From Aeropyrum pernix K1 (lineage in GTDB: Archaea > Thermoproteota > Thermoprotei_A > Sulfolobales > Acidilobaceae), in the NCBI RefSeq assembly GCF_000011125.1, contig NC_000854.2, forward strand, positions 600,001-632,000: a stretch of 32,000 bases of DNA, written 5' to 3'. The position numbers and the translations under genes are program-made. Positions 1 through 9,422 of this stretch are shown here, one piece after another. A model generated the notes under the pieces. The model did not search any database, was not told the origin of the DNA, and saw only the letters and a program-made list of their open reading frames with translations. Positions within the stretch are counted from its first letter, which is position 1. Every line of letters begins with the position of its first letter.

Positions 1-360
1 GCCTCCGAACCCTAGTTTGGAGAGTGCGAGGGCTGAGGCCGCAGCTGTCCTCCAGCCCGTAGGCTCCTCAGCCGGGATGTCGAGAACCTTCTCCCCATCG
101 CTGCTCCTGAAGAGGAGGAGCACACCCCTGACCAGGGGCAGCCTCCTACTGGGGTTGCCAGGGTATACTCCCACTATCTTGGCGGAGAAGTAGCCCATGC
201 CCCCCGCAACCATAGCGCCTAGCCAAGACCCCTCAAGCGATATCGAGGACCTCGGGGCCTCAGCATGCTCGCTCCGCAGCAGCTCTTCGAGCAGCCTTAT
301 GAGGCTGCGGGGCTCCACAACCGAACCCAAGCCTTCTCCACTGCCACCCAATCCCGCCAC
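1..360 (-). CDS. Ornithine cyclodeaminase / alanine dehydrogenase (mu-crystallin) family protein, N-terminal part; runs off the window start
   Basis: Hand translation of the complement gives (GTG)AGLGGSGEGLGSVVEPRSLIRLLEELLRSEHAEAPRSSISLEGSWLGAMVAGGMGYFSAKIVGVYPGNPSRRLPLVRGVLLLFRSSDGEKVLDIPAEEPTGWRTAAASALALSKLGFGG; 'KIVGVYPGNP..LPLVRGVLLLF...G...........RTAAASALA' resembles the Ocd family. Start codon uncertain. Confidence 0.7.
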   Translation of the reverse strand, partial: MAGLGGSGEGLGSVVEPRSLIRLLEELLRSEHAEAPRSSISLEGSWLGAMVAGGMGYFSAKIVGVYPGNPSRRLPLVRGVLLLFRSSDGEKVLDIPAEEPTGWRTAAASALALSKLGFGG

Positions 361-452
361 ACCCGTTAGATAATTTTGTGAAGGGCATTCTCTTATCCTG
401 CCGGAGGCCCTCGATTTTACATATAATAATAGTATCTTATGGTGGGTCAAGC

Positions 453-460
453 TTTTTATA
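453..460 (+). promoter_or_regulatory. TATA-like box upstream of the ABC transporter substrate-binding protein gene
   Basis: 'gctttttatagtc' in an AT-rich divergent intergenic region, followed by an SD-like 'ggtga' at 504-508 before ATG 515. Confidence 0.5.
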
Positions 461-514
461 GTCACTATATAACGGGTTCTACTGAATATGGGCAGTGGAT
501 AAAGGTGAAGATAT

Positions 515-2017
515 ATGAATGTGGCTAAGATCGGGGCAGTGCTCCTGGCCCTGGCTCTAATAGCGCCAGTGCTCTTCGCCACACCTGCACTATACACAGC
601 AGCAGCCCAGCCCACCACAATAACAATAGGAGCCCTCCTCCCACTCACCGGCGACCTCCAGAGCTACGGTGTGAGGGCTCAGGCCGCCGTCCAGGTGGCT
701 GTGGAGGATGTTAACGCTTATCTCGAGAGCAAGAACGCGTGGTTCAGGCTCGACCTCAAGGTTGAGGACACACAGACGAAGCCGGACGTCGCTGTCCAGA
801 AGTTCAACTCCCTCGTGGCACAGGGCATAAAGTTCATTGTAGGCCCCATGACAAGCGCGGAAGTGAAGAAGCTCAAGGACCTGGCAGACCAGAACAACGT
901 GCTGATAATAAGCCCATCAAGCACGGCGATAGAGCTGAAGATAGCCGGGGACAACGTCTTCAGGTTCTGCCCCACTGACGATGTGCAGAGCAAGGCTATA
1001 GGCGCCCTAGCAAGGGACCTCGGGTTAAAGGGAGCTGTCATTATAAACAGGGCAGACACCTGGGGCAACGGCCTGATGGAGGCGACTAAGGAGGTCCTCG
1101 AGAACGAGGGTGTGGAGGTAGCGAGCGTCTACAGCTACAACCCCGAGTCGCCCAACTTCTCCGGCATCGCCAGCCAGGCTAACGGCGATGTTGAGAGCCT
1201 GGTGAGCAAGTATGGGAAGGACAAGGTAGCTGTTGTTGCTATAGGCTTCAAGGAGGTTGTAGAGCTGTTCAGCGCCGCCGCTGACTACGAGACTCTCGAG
1301 AGCGTCCTCTGGATAGGGAGCGACGGTACAGCACAGCTGAGCGAGTTCACCACCGACCCGCTTGCAAGGGAGTTCTCTGTGTCGACTCTATTCATAAATC
1401 CGTTATTCTCGCCTGCGGCCACTGAGGCTCAGGAGAAGGTTAGGCAGGAAGTTGTGGCGAAGATAGGGGAGGAGCCCGACGCCTACTCGCTGGCGGCCTA
1501 CGATGCAGTCTGGGCCATAGCCCTAGCTCTACTCCAGGCGGGGCCCATGGACAACCCTGACGAGATGGTGAACAAGGTAAAGGAGCTGCTCCCGCAGATA
1601 ACCACCAGCGACGAGTTCGCGCAGTTCGCGGCGACAGGCAAGTTCCCGCTGGACGAGGGCGGCGACAGGGCCACCGCAGACTACGACTGGCACATAGTCG
1701 CCAAGATTGGCGGAGAGTACAAGTGGGTCAAGGCTGGCGTCTACAAGGGCGTCGAGGATAAGAACGAGTGGGTGACAATCGAGGGTCTAGGCAAGACGTT
1801 CCCACAGCTCTTCCAGGAGAAGTTCACCCCCGCAGAGACAGAGACCGAAACCTCACCCAGCCCTACACAGGCCGAGACCACACCAACCCCAACACCAGAA
1901 GAGACTGAAACCGAAACAGCCGAGGAGGGCGGAGTCTCGACAACCCTGATAGCCGCGATAATAATAATAGTCATCGTAATAGCTGCTGCCGCCTACTTCT
2001 TCCTCAGGTCCCGCTAA
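515..2017 (+). CDS. ABC transporter substrate-binding protein, branched-chain amino-acid (LivJ/periplasmic binding fold type I) family, with C-terminal Thr/Pro/Glu-rich stalk and membrane anchor
   Basis: Signal-like N-terminus, 'ITIGALLPLTGDLQSYGVRAQAAVQVAVEDVN', C-terminal 'ETETETSPSPTQAETTPTPTPEETETETAEEGG' followed by a TM helix and basic tail; followed by livGFHM-like genes. Confidence 0.93.
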   Translation: MNVAKIGAVLLALALIAPVLFATPALYTAAAQPTTITIGALLPLTGDLQSYGVRAQAAVQVAVEDVNAYLESKNAWFRLDLKVEDTQTKPDVAVQKFNSLVAQGIKFIVGPMTSAEVKKLKDLADQNNVLIISPSSTAIELKIAGDNVFRFCPTDDVQSKAIGALARDLGLKGAVIINRADTWGNGLMEATKEVLENEGVEVASVYSYNPESPNFSGIASQANGDVESLVSKYGKDKVAVVAIGFKEVVELFSAAADYETLESVLWIGSDGTAQLSEFTTDPLAREFSVSTLFINPLFSPAATEAQEKVRQEVVAKIGEEPDAYSLAAYDAVWAIALALLQAGPMDNPDEMVNKVKELLPQITTSDEFAQFAATGKFPLDEGGDRATADYDWHIVAKIGGEYKWVKAGVYKGVEDKNEWVTIEGLGKTFPQLFQEKFTPAETETETSPSPTQAETTPTPTPEETETETAEEGGVSTTLIAAIIIIVIVIAAAAYFFLRSR

Positions 2018-2219
2018 GGCTGGCAACCCCCCCGGCTAGCTGATCTGTCTTCAATCCCCTTTTTCCCTCCCTCTATGCTATTTTTAAACGCCCCCGGGTC
2101 ATCTCCGCGGGCGGCTGGGTTCGCCTCTATTGTTATTTTTGATATGTGTAAAATAATGTTGAAGATAAAGTTTATAGTAGTTAATCGTGATTCCCACTCT
2201 GGGGTAGAGGCTGCGTGTA

Positions 2220-2984
2220 ATGGCGGGGGATATTATACTCCGGGTGGAGGATCTGGAGAAGAGGTTCGGCGGTATAGTAGCTCTAGACAAGGTCAACCTT
2301 GAGATAGAGCGGGGCAAGGTTACCCTTCTCATAGGCCCTAACGGCTCTGGTAAGACTACATTGGTTAACGTTATCTCGGGCTTCTACAAGCCCGACGGTG
2401 GACGGGTTCTCTTTAAGGGTAGGGATATAACGGGTATGAGCCCCCACGAGATATCGAAGCTCGGCCTTGTAAGGACCTTCCAGATACCCAAGCCGTTCAC
2501 AAATCTTACGGTTCTGGAGAACGTTTTAACCGCGGCTGACAGCCCGGGGGAGAACGTCTATTTGGCAGGCTTGGCGAGGAGGCTTTGGCTCGGCTTCGAG
2601 AAGAGGGCGGCAGCCAGGGCTTTCGAGATACTCGGCTGGGTCGGCCTGGATCACATGTGGGACCGGAGGTCGGGCGAGCTTAGCGGCGGGCAGATGAAGC
2701 TTCTCGAGATAGCTAGGGCCATTATGAAAGGGGCGGAGATGATTATTATGGACGAGCCCGCTGCGGGCGTCAACCCGAGGCTGGCCGGGTCTATAATGGA
2801 GAGGATAAAGTACCTGGCCAGGGAGAAGGGGATTACGTTCCTCATAATAGAGCACAGGATAGGGCTTGTGAAGGAGTATGTAGACCGGGTTTACGCTATG
2901 AGCATGGGCAAGGTTATAGCGTCGGGCAAGCCCGACGAGGTGCTGAACAACCCCGTAGTTCTGGAGAGCTACCTGGGTGGGTAG
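2220..2984 (+). CDS. livG: Branched-chain amino-acid-type ABC transporter ATP-binding protein
   Basis: Walker A GPNGSGKTT, signature LSGGQMKLLEIARA, Walker B MIIMDEP, C-terminal LivG-like region. Confidence 0.93.
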   Translation: MAGDIILRVEDLEKRFGGIVALDKVNLEIERGKVTLLIGPNGSGKTTLVNVISGFYKPDGGRVLFKGRDITGMSPHEISKLGLVRTFQIPKPFTNLTVLENVLTAADSPGENVYLAGLARRLWLGFEKRAAARAFEILGWVGLDHMWDRRSGELSGGQMKLLEIARAIMKGAEMIIMDEPAAGVNPRLAGSIMERIKYLAREKGITFLIIEHRIGLVKEYVDRVYAMSMGKVIASGKPDEVLNNPVVLESYLGG

Positions 2985-2986
2985 CC

Positions 2987-3700
2987 GTGGGGGACTGGAT
3001 TATAAAGCTTGAGGATGTTAGCGCGGGCTATGGCAAGCTCCAGACACTCTTCGACGTTAGCCTCGAGATACCGAGGGGCCTCATAACTGTTATAGTAGGG
3101 CCTAACGGAGCCGGCAAGAGCACTCTATTGAAGACAATGTTCGGCTTTACCACCGTCTACAAGGGGAGGGTTCTCTTCGAGAACACTGATGTCACCCACA
3201 TGCCGCCCCACGATAGGGCTAAGATAGGGATGACCTTCATATTCCAGCTGGAGAACATATTCAGGGAGCTAACCGTCTATGAGAACCTACGTCTAGCTGG
3301 CTACGATCTGCCGGAGGATGTCTTCAGAGACAGGCTGGAGGAGGTGTTCTCCATGTTTCCCAGGCTGAAGGAGAGGCTCGGCCAGAAGGCAGGGACGCTG
3401 AGCGGGGGGGAGAGGCAGATGCTCGCCATGGCCATAGGTATAATGAGGAAGCCGAAGGTCTTCCTTATAGACGAGCCAACCGCCGGTCTCTCCCCCAAGC
3501 TCGCCAAGGAGGTGCTCTCATACGTCAGGATACTCAACAAGGAGGGCTATACAGTCGTCCTCGTCGAGCAGAACGTCAAGGCTTCGCTGGAGATCGGTGA
3601 CAAAGGGGTGCTGGTGGTCAACGGCAGGATAGCGTTCGACGGCCCCGCCGAGGAGCTGCTGGCCAGGAAGGACCTGGCCAAAATGTATCTTGGCGTGTAG
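2987..3700 (+). CDS. livF: Branched-chain amino-acid-type ABC transporter ATP-binding protein
   Basis: GPNGAGKST, LSGGERQMLAMAIG, VFLIDEP; directly downstream of livG. Confidence 0.93.
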   Translation: MGDWIIKLEDVSAGYGKLQTLFDVSLEIPRGLITVIVGPNGAGKSTLLKTMFGFTTVYKGRVLFENTDVTHMPPHDRAKIGMTFIFQLENIFRELTVYENLRLAGYDLPEDVFRDRLEEVFSMFPRLKERLGQKAGTLSGGERQMLAMAIGIMRKPKVFLIDEPTAGLSPKLAKEVLSYVRILNKEGYTVVLVEQNVKASLEIGDKGVLVVNGRIAFDGPAEELLARKDLAKMYLGV

Positions 3701-3713
3701 GGGGTGCTTTCTC

Positions 3714-4778
3714 ATGGTTGACGTTAAGGTAGTGTTTGACATGCTCGCATACTCGGGGGTCATAGCACTCCTGAGCCTGGGCATAACGCTTGCATACATA
3801 ACAACCAGGGTGTTCAACTTCGCCCACCCAAGGATAGCCAACGTGGGGGCCTATGCGGCCGCCGCCTCCATGGCACTCTATGTGGACCTGGTGCGTGACG
3901 AGGGTATAGGCCGGTTTAAAGTCTCGCTAGGCCCCCTCGAGGTTACAGGGCTGGTGGCGCCCGACGTTCTAGCCGTCGGGATAGTGTTCGCGGTCATAGC
4001 CGGGATTATCACTGCGCTAGCCGAATACTACCTCGTCCTCAGGCCCCTGATAGAGAGGGGCGCCGACTTCCTGAAGCTTATGATAGCAACACTTGCTTTC
4101 GACTTCTTCGTCATAGCAACACTGTTCATCCTCGGGACACACATATCCGTCAAGGAGCTGGTCAGCGGAGTCTTCGGAAGGGAGACCACAAGCCTTTCTC
4201 TACACGCCTTCGACGCCAGAATCGACCTAGCCGTGCTAGGCTATAAGCTGAGAGGGATTATGCTGTTCTCCTTCCTAGGAAGCCTAGCCATAGCCCTAAT
4301 GCTCTACATACTACTCTTCAAGACCAAGCTGGGCGTAAAGATGAGGGCCTCCATAGAGAACCCCTCCCTGGCCGAGGTCCTCGGCATAAACGTGCAGCAG
4401 GTGTACACTATAGCCTGGATAATAAGCGGGGCCACGGCAGGGTTCGCCGGGTTCCTTATACTGTTCATGGGCGACATCGTGAAGCCCGTGACAGCGTCGA
4501 GCCCGGCCGACGAGATAATAGTGAGCGCCTTCGCAGGCAGCATAGTTGGCGGGGTCAACAGCGTGTTCGGCTCCATAGGGGGAGGCTTCATAATAGGCGC
4601 TGTGGAGATACTGATATCCTCAGTTATAACAGACGTCACTGGCATAGACGTTACCAGATACAACAAGATGCTCTCGATGCTGGCAGTAGCCCTGACCCTA
4701 CTCTTCGCGCCGCAGGGACTGGCCGCTCTATACTCCGAAAAGATTCAGGCCAGGCTTCCCAGGCTGAGGGGAGGCTAG
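3714..4778 (+). CDS. livH: Branched-chain amino-acid-type ABC transporter permease
   Basis: Multi-TM protein with LivH-like 'GLSLGITLAYITTRVFNFAHP' region and 'KLGVKMRASIENPSLAEVLGINVQQVYTIAWIISGATAG'. The track ORF opens at TTG 3690; ATG 3714 is the likelier start because the earlier codons overlap the end of livF. Confidence 0.9.
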   Translation: MVDVKVVFDMLAYSGVIALLSLGITLAYITTRVFNFAHPRIANVGAYAAAASMALYVDLVRDEGIGRFKVSLGPLEVTGLVAPDVLAVGIVFAVIAGIITALAEYYLVLRPLIERGADFLKLMIATLAFDFFVIATLFILGTHISVKELVSGVFGRETTSLSLHAFDARIDLAVLGYKLRGIMLFSFLGSLAIALMLYILLFKTKLGVKMRASIENPSLAEVLGINVQQVYTIAWIISGATAGFAGFLILFMGDIVKPVTASSPADEIIVSAFAGSIVGGVNSVFGSIGGGFIIGAVEILISSVITDVTGIDVTRYNKMLSMLAVALTLLFAPQGLAALYSEKIQARLPRLRGG

Positions 4779-4781
4779 GGG

Positions 4782-5954
4782 GTGGTCGCTGTGCCCTCGG
4801 TTGATATCACGTTCCTTGTGGAGTTCATAGTCGCCTACGTGGCTGTATACTACGTGCTCACGTCTTCCCTCAACCTCAAGGCCGGGGTCACAGGCATACC
4901 CGACTTTGGCCAGGCGATGTTCTTTGCTGTTGGAGGTATAGTTGTGGGCAACCTTGCGGCCAGGATAGCCGCTGCCCTGGCCGGCATGGACCCCTCCCTA
5001 GTTATAGCGGAGAACACCACCACGCTTGAGGTGCTTAACAGCGAGTTCTTCCCAAACAGGCCTCTAGAGTCGATAGCAATACTTGTTGTCGCAATAGCCT
5101 CGGCCCTAGCCCTCGGAGGCCTTCTCGGGCTCCTAGCCTCCTACCCTGCCCTGAGGCTTAGGGGCGACTACCTGGCCATAATGCTCCTGGTGACGGCGGA
5201 GGCCCTCAGGATATACACAACCTATAGCGTGTGGCTAATGGGCTCCACACCCACTGTGGGTCTCACACTACCCAGCCTGCTAGCTTGGACCGGCGACCCG
5301 GGGCTCGCCTCCATATTGCTAACACTGGCTATAGCAGTGGCTGTCTACATTTACATGGAGAGGCTCTACAACTCTCCCGCAGGGAGGCTGATGAGGGCTG
5401 TGAGGGATGACGAGGACGCCTCGAAAGCCCTGGGCAAGGATGTGGCGAAGGTTAGGAGGAATGCGATGGTCGTTGGAAGCGCCCTAGCCGCTCTGGCAGG
5501 CGTACTCTACTCGATAAACCCGCTCCTAGCCGGGAGCTCAGTGGCGGCAGTCTCGATATTCGACAGGATGCTCTGGACTTTCTGGCCATGGGCCCTCATG
5601 ATACTGGGCGGTATGTCCAGCAACAGGGGAGTGGCAATAGCCTCAGTGGTTACCGGCGCCGCCATACTAGGGCCTATAAGGCTGTACAAGGCAGAGCTTG
5701 CCAGGCTCCTCAGAGTCGACGCCCTAGGCTTCGACACCGACAAGTTCGCCGCCGGCCTAGAGTTCATACTCATAGGACCCCTCATACTAGCCATACTATT
5801 CCTCAGGCCCCAGGGGATAATACCGGAGCCGCCCTCCAGGACCCTCCCGGAGAAAGATATAGAGGAGATAAAGGCCAGGACAGCTGGCCAGACCGGCTCC
5901 GAGACCCCCCAGGGCGAGGAGGAGCCGCCGGCCAGCGATACCGAGGCCCGGTAA
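4782..5954 (+). CDS. livM: Branched-chain amino-acid-type ABC transporter permease
   Basis: LivM-like 'SSLNLKAGVTGIPDFGQAMFFAVGG', 'SPAGRLMRAVRDDEDASKALGKDVAKVR' EAA-type loop, 'GGMSSNRGVAIASVV', C-terminal 'RPQGIIPE'. Confidence 0.92.
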   Translation: MVAVPSVDITFLVEFIVAYVAVYYVLTSSLNLKAGVTGIPDFGQAMFFAVGGIVVGNLAARIAAALAGMDPSLVIAENTTTLEVLNSEFFPNRPLESIAILVVAIASALALGGLLGLLASYPALRLRGDYLAIMLLVTAEALRIYTTYSVWLMGSTPTVGLTLPSLLAWTGDPGLASILLTLAIAVAVYIYMERLYNSPAGRLMRAVRDDEDASKALGKDVAKVRRNAMVVGSALAALAGVLYSINPLLAGSSVAAVSIFDRMLWTFWPWALMILGGMSSNRGVAIASVVTGAAILGPIRLYKAELARLLRVDALGFDTDKFAAGLEFILIGPLILAILFLRPQGIIPEPPSRTLPEKDIEEIKARTAGQTGSETPQGEEEPPASDTEAR

Positions 5955-6037
5955 CAAGTATACCAAACCACGTTTTTACCCGCACATACTTCTAGACTTA
6001 ATAAGCCCTGGCTGTTAAACCGGGAATAGTGGCCTGG

Positions 6038-6114
6038 GGGCCCGTAGCTCAGCCTGGTAGAGCGCCCGGCTGATAACCGGGAGGTCGGGGGTTCGAATCC
6101 CCCCGGGCCCACCA
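6038..6114 (+). tRNA. tRNA-Ile (anticodon GAT at 6072-6074), intronless, 3' CCA encoded
   Basis: 77-nt cloverleaf: GGGCCCG/CGGGCCC acceptor, GCTC/GAGC D-arm, CCCGG-CTGATAA-CCGGG anticodon arm, GGGGG-TTCGAAT-CCCCC T-arm, A discriminator, CCA. Confidence 0.98.
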
Positions 6115-6206
6115 CCCTTCCTTCAGGCTATACTTCCCGGTAATACGGGGTCTCAACCACCTAGTCCGCCTTCATTTCTAACACACACCCCTGGGGTGTC
6201 TAGGAG

Positions 6207-6680
6207 TTGTCGTTTGAAAGGACTGTGGACTCCAGGGTAGGCCCCCTGGACTCTACTACCAGGGCTTTCCTCTTTTCAGACCTGCTCTCCTCAGTGGATA
6301 TATTCGTGGCGAGCGTGACGGCCTCCATGGTTTCGAGCGATGAGAGGCTTCTCTCGGTTGCTCTAACAGAGCTAGAGTACCTCCTAGGGGAGACTGCACA
6401 CCTCAGGGATATAGAGGGTTCTCTGGAGGTTGTGGGCGGGGCTAAAGCTGGGATATACCAGATACTAGCCTCTCTAGGGCCCGAGGGGCTTAGGACTCTC
6501 CTGGCGTCGAGCATAGAGGCTCTGGAAGGCTATGGCAGCCCCGAGCCCAGTCTAGCGGCAGAGCTTGCCAGGCTCTCGGGTTGGAGGGTGGATCCGGGCA
6601 GGCTAGAGCACGTGACAGCCGCCAGTGCTGTCCTCCTCACTGTAGCGGCGGCGTTCCTGAAGGAAGTCTCCTCCTTCTAG
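6207..6680 (+). CDS. Hypothetical protein (TTG start), predicted largely helical
   Basis: Open 157-codon frame with archaeal-like codon usage in a gap between tRNA-Ile and the thiolase gene; no family recognised. Confidence 0.6.
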   Translation: MSFERTVDSRVGPLDSTTRAFLFSDLLSSVDIFVASVTASMVSSDERLLSVALTELEYLLGETAHLRDIEGSLEVVGGAKAGIYQILASLGPEGLRTLLASSIEALEGYGSPEPSLAAELARLSGWRVDPGRLEHVTAASAVLLTVAAAFLKEVSSF

Positions 6681-6777
6681 GGGGTAGGGTAGCGATATTT
6701 AAGCTATCCTCGTCCCCTCATATTAAAACCCTACCGGGGGCCTAGTCTTTACTCTTCAGGGCAACTCTCCTTATTAG

Positions 6778-7980
6778 GTGCATAGTTTGGGAAGAGCCGT
6801 TGCTATTGTAGGCACTGGCCACTCGAAATTCGGTGTCAGGAACGACGTTAACATTGCGGAGCTCGCATGGGAGGCCATGAGGGAGGCAGCCTCCGAGGCG
6901 GGCATAGAGCTTAGGGATGTAGACCAGGTTGTCGTCGGCAACGCTGGCGGGTGGAGCAGCGAGTACCTCTCAAGCATAGTCCTCCTCGAGTATGCCGGGA
7001 TAAGCGGGAAGCCTGTTTACAGGGTCGAGGCTGCCTGCGCCACCGGGAGCGCTGCGATAAAGGCTGCTCACGACGCTATCGCGGCGGGGGAGGCTGACCT
7101 GGTCCTGGTTGTTGGTGTTGAGAAGATGAACGAGAGCCCGACGCCAATAGTGGTTGAGATGATAGGGAGGGCCGGGAACTATTTCTGGGAGTTCGAGAAC
7201 TTCGGCCTAACTTTCCCAGGCTACTACGCCCTCTATGCCACAGCATATATGAGCGAGTTCGGCGCTACTGAAGAGGACCTCTGCAGGGTGGCGGTTAAGA
7301 ACCACCACCACGCCAGCATGAACCCCAAGGCCCACTTCCCCCGGGCTATAACCCTGGAGCAGTGCCTCCAGTCCAGGTATGTAGCATGGCCGCTGAAGCT
7401 ATACGACAGCAGCCCCATAACAGACGGGGCCGCCGCTGTTGTCATGGCTAGCGAGGACCTCGCCAGGAAGCTTACAGACAGCCCGGTGTGGATACACTCG
7501 ATAGGAATGGCCAGCGACACTAGCAACCTGAGCAAGAGGCCCGACTTCCTCGTACACAGGGCTAGCAGGCTGGCTGCGGAGAGGGCTTTCAAGAAGCTGG
7601 GGATAGAGATTGAGGGGTCCTACAAGCACTTCGACTTCGCCAACGTGCACGACGCATTCACTATAGCCGAGATACTGGCCTACGAGGCCATGGGCTTCGC
7701 AAAGCTGGGAGAGGGCTACAAGCTGGTTAGGGAGGAGCAGACGTACGTAGGAGGGCTAATACCGGTGAACCTGGACGGCGGGCTGAAGGCCAAGGGCCAC
7801 CCGATAGGGGCTACCGGTGTCAGCATGGCAGTCGAGCACGTGAGGCAGCTCCAGGGAAGGGTTGAGAAGGGCAGGCAGGCCGAGATAAAACGCGGCAGGA
7901 GCCTGGCACACAACGTCGGCGGCACCGGCCACTACGCCTTCGTAACAGTATACGGCCTAGACAAGCCCAGGAGTCGCTAG
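6778..7980 (+). CDS. Thiolase superfamily protein (acetyl-CoA acetyltransferase-like); start may be TTG 6787
   Basis: 'AIVGTGHSKFG', 'VEAACATGSAAIKAA' active-site Cys region, 'NLDGGLKAKGHPIGATGVS', 'NVGGTG'. 'aggtg' at 6776-6780 would be an SD for TTG 6787. Confidence 0.93.
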   Translation: MHSLGRAVAIVGTGHSKFGVRNDVNIAELAWEAMREAASEAGIELRDVDQVVVGNAGGWSSEYLSSIVLLEYAGISGKPVYRVEAACATGSAAIKAAHDAIAAGEADLVLVVGVEKMNESPTPIVVEMIGRAGNYFWEFENFGLTFPGYYALYATAYMSEFGATEEDLCRVAVKNHHHASMNPKAHFPRAITLEQCLQSRYVAWPLKLYDSSPITDGAAAVVMASEDLARKLTDSPVWIHSIGMASDTSNLSKRPDFLVHRASRLAAERAFKKLGIEIEGSYKHFDFANVHDAFTIAEILAYEAMGFAKLGEGYKLVREEQTYVGGLIPVNLDGGLKAKGHPIGATGVSMAVEHVRQLQGRVEKGRQAEIKRGRSLAHNVGGTGHYAFVTVYGLDKPRSR

Positions 7981-7984
7981 GGGG

Positions 7985-8533
7985 GTGTCCAGGGTGAGCC
8001 AGAAGAGGCTTATGGACGAGTTCATGTCTCAGGTTGAGGCGTTTGCCGAGGAGATGAAGAGGAGCATGGGCCTGCCCATACTCCTAGACCAGAAGACGGG
8101 CGTGGCCATGTGGTTCGACCAGAGGGAGCTGAGGATAAGGTTCGCCATAAGCATTGAGAAGATTAGAAGGTTCTTCGAGGGGCTGACAGAGGGCAAGATA
8201 CTGGCCACAAAGTGCGTCAAGACAGGGAAGATATACTTCCCTCCCCAGGTGGACTGCCCCGACGCTCCGGACAGCGAGGTCGAGTGGGTCGAGATACCCC
8301 GGGAGGGCGTGCTGCTGACCTACACGGTGATAAACACGAAGCCCTACACCTTCAGCCACTACCCCGACTACGTGGTGGGTATAGGGAAGGTAGCGGAGGG
8401 GCTAAACATACTAGCCTGGGTTAGAGGCGACCCCAGGAAGCTCAGGAGGGGTATGAAGGTTCGGCTTGAAGTGGTGAAGAGGGAGCCGGAGGGCTATCTA
8501 ACATACGAGTGGGTTCCCGTGGAGGAGGGCTGA
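7985..8533 (+). CDS. DUF35 OB-fold protein (rubredoxin-like zinc-ribbon/OB acyl-CoA-associated partner of thiolase)
   Basis: Immediately downstream of thiolase; 'KILATKCVKTGKIYFPPQVDCPDAP' followed by OB-fold 'GVLLTYTVINTKP...YPDYVVGIGKVAEGLNILAWVRG'. Confidence 0.85.
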   Translation: MSRVSQKRLMDEFMSQVEAFAEEMKRSMGLPILLDQKTGVAMWFDQRELRIRFAISIEKIRRFFEGLTEGKILATKCVKTGKIYFPPQVDCPDAPDSEVEWVEIPREGVLLTYTVINTKPYTFSHYPDYVVGIGKVAEGLNILAWVRGDPRKLRRGMKVRLEVVKREPEGYLTYEWVPVEEG

Positions 8534-8537
8534 CAGG

Positions 8538-9422
8538 CTACACGGGCTCCATGTAGACCCCTTTTTTACAGTTCTCCTCAACAGTCTCATACACACTCCT
8601 ATCGTACTCCAGGGGCCTCCGCTGCCCCGAGGCAGCTGCCAGAAGCCACTCCTCAACCCCCGAGAGCCTCGCAGGGATGACTATCGAGTAGACACCCCCC
8701 TCCACATCCGCCGTAGACAGCCTCTCGAGGCTACTCCAGTACAGCACCCTATGCCCCCCGCCAGCCCCCGCTTCTACAAGTACCGAGGGGAGTCTAGCCA
8801 GCAGGGCTGGGGCACCAGCCTCGCGGGCGTATTCCCTGTCCGCCTCTAGTAGTAGACTGACCCCCTGGCCCGGGCTCAGCTGTACACCCCTCTCGTCGAC
8901 GTCCAGTAGGGCTGTGGTGTGTAGGCCTGCGCATAAGTTCAGGTATATCCTTCTAGCAACGCTGATGGGGGTCACGCCCCTCCAGGGTCCGGGCAGGGTT
9001 ACCGTGCCCCCGAACCTGTAGAAGCTCAGCATGGTTGCACCCCGAGCGGCCTGGACGCCGCTCACACCGGGGATGTATCTAACCGCCACCCCGGCCTCTA
9101 GAGCCTCTGCAGCCAGGCTCGAGTGGGTGGTGGCTACCATTGGATCGCCCGCCGTGACCACGGCGACCACGGCATCCAAGGCCCTCGACACTATTTCCCT
9201 CGACCTCTCTTCCAGATCCCTCCTCGACGCCTCAACAACCCTAGCCTCCCCCGCAGCCTCGACGACACTCTTGTAGAGCCAGCTGGAGCCTGGCATGGTG
9301 TATGACTCTACATAGACAACGTCAGCCCTCCGCACAGCATCAAGCGCTTCGAGCGTCTGCATACCCGGCGCGTAGCCCCAGCCCACTAGGAGAAGCGTCA
9401 CGGCCTCCCTCCCTCTAGCCAC
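8538..9422 (-). CDS. dphB: Diphthine synthase (SAM-dependent diphthamide biosynthesis methyltransferase)
   Basis: 'ADVVYVESYT', 'VTAGDPMVATTHSSL', 'PGVSGVQAARGATMLSFYRFGGTVTLPGPW', 'NLCAGLHTTALLDVDERGVQLSPGQGVSLLL'. Confidence 0.93.
   Translation of the reverse strand: MARGREAVTLLLVGWGYAPGMQTLEALDAVRRADVVYVESYTMPGSSWLYKSVVEAAGEARVVEASRRDLEERSREIVSRALDAVVAVVTAGDPMVATTHSSLAAEALEAGVAVRYIPGVSGVQAARGATMLSFYRFGGTVTLPGPWRGVTPISVARRIYLNLCAGLHTTALLDVDERGVQLSPGQGVSLLLEADREYAREAGAPALLARLPSVLVEAGAGGGHRVLYWSSLERLSTADVEGGVYSIVIPARLSGVEEWLLAAASGQRRPLEYDRSVYETVEENCKKGVYMEPV

Noticed and set aside
1825-1930. Low-complexity ACC/GAA-rich stretch suggesting a tandem repeat
   Set aside because: It encodes the Thr/Pro/Glu stalk of the substrate-binding protein, a common arrangement in archaeal lipoprotein or membrane-anchored binding proteins, not an independent repeat element.
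5507-6115. 202-aa minus-strand ORF
   Set aside because: Contains 'MVGPGGFEPPTSRLSAGRSTRLSYGPP', the known artefactual translation of antisense tRNA sequence (tRNA-Ile here), and otherwise lies antisense to livM.
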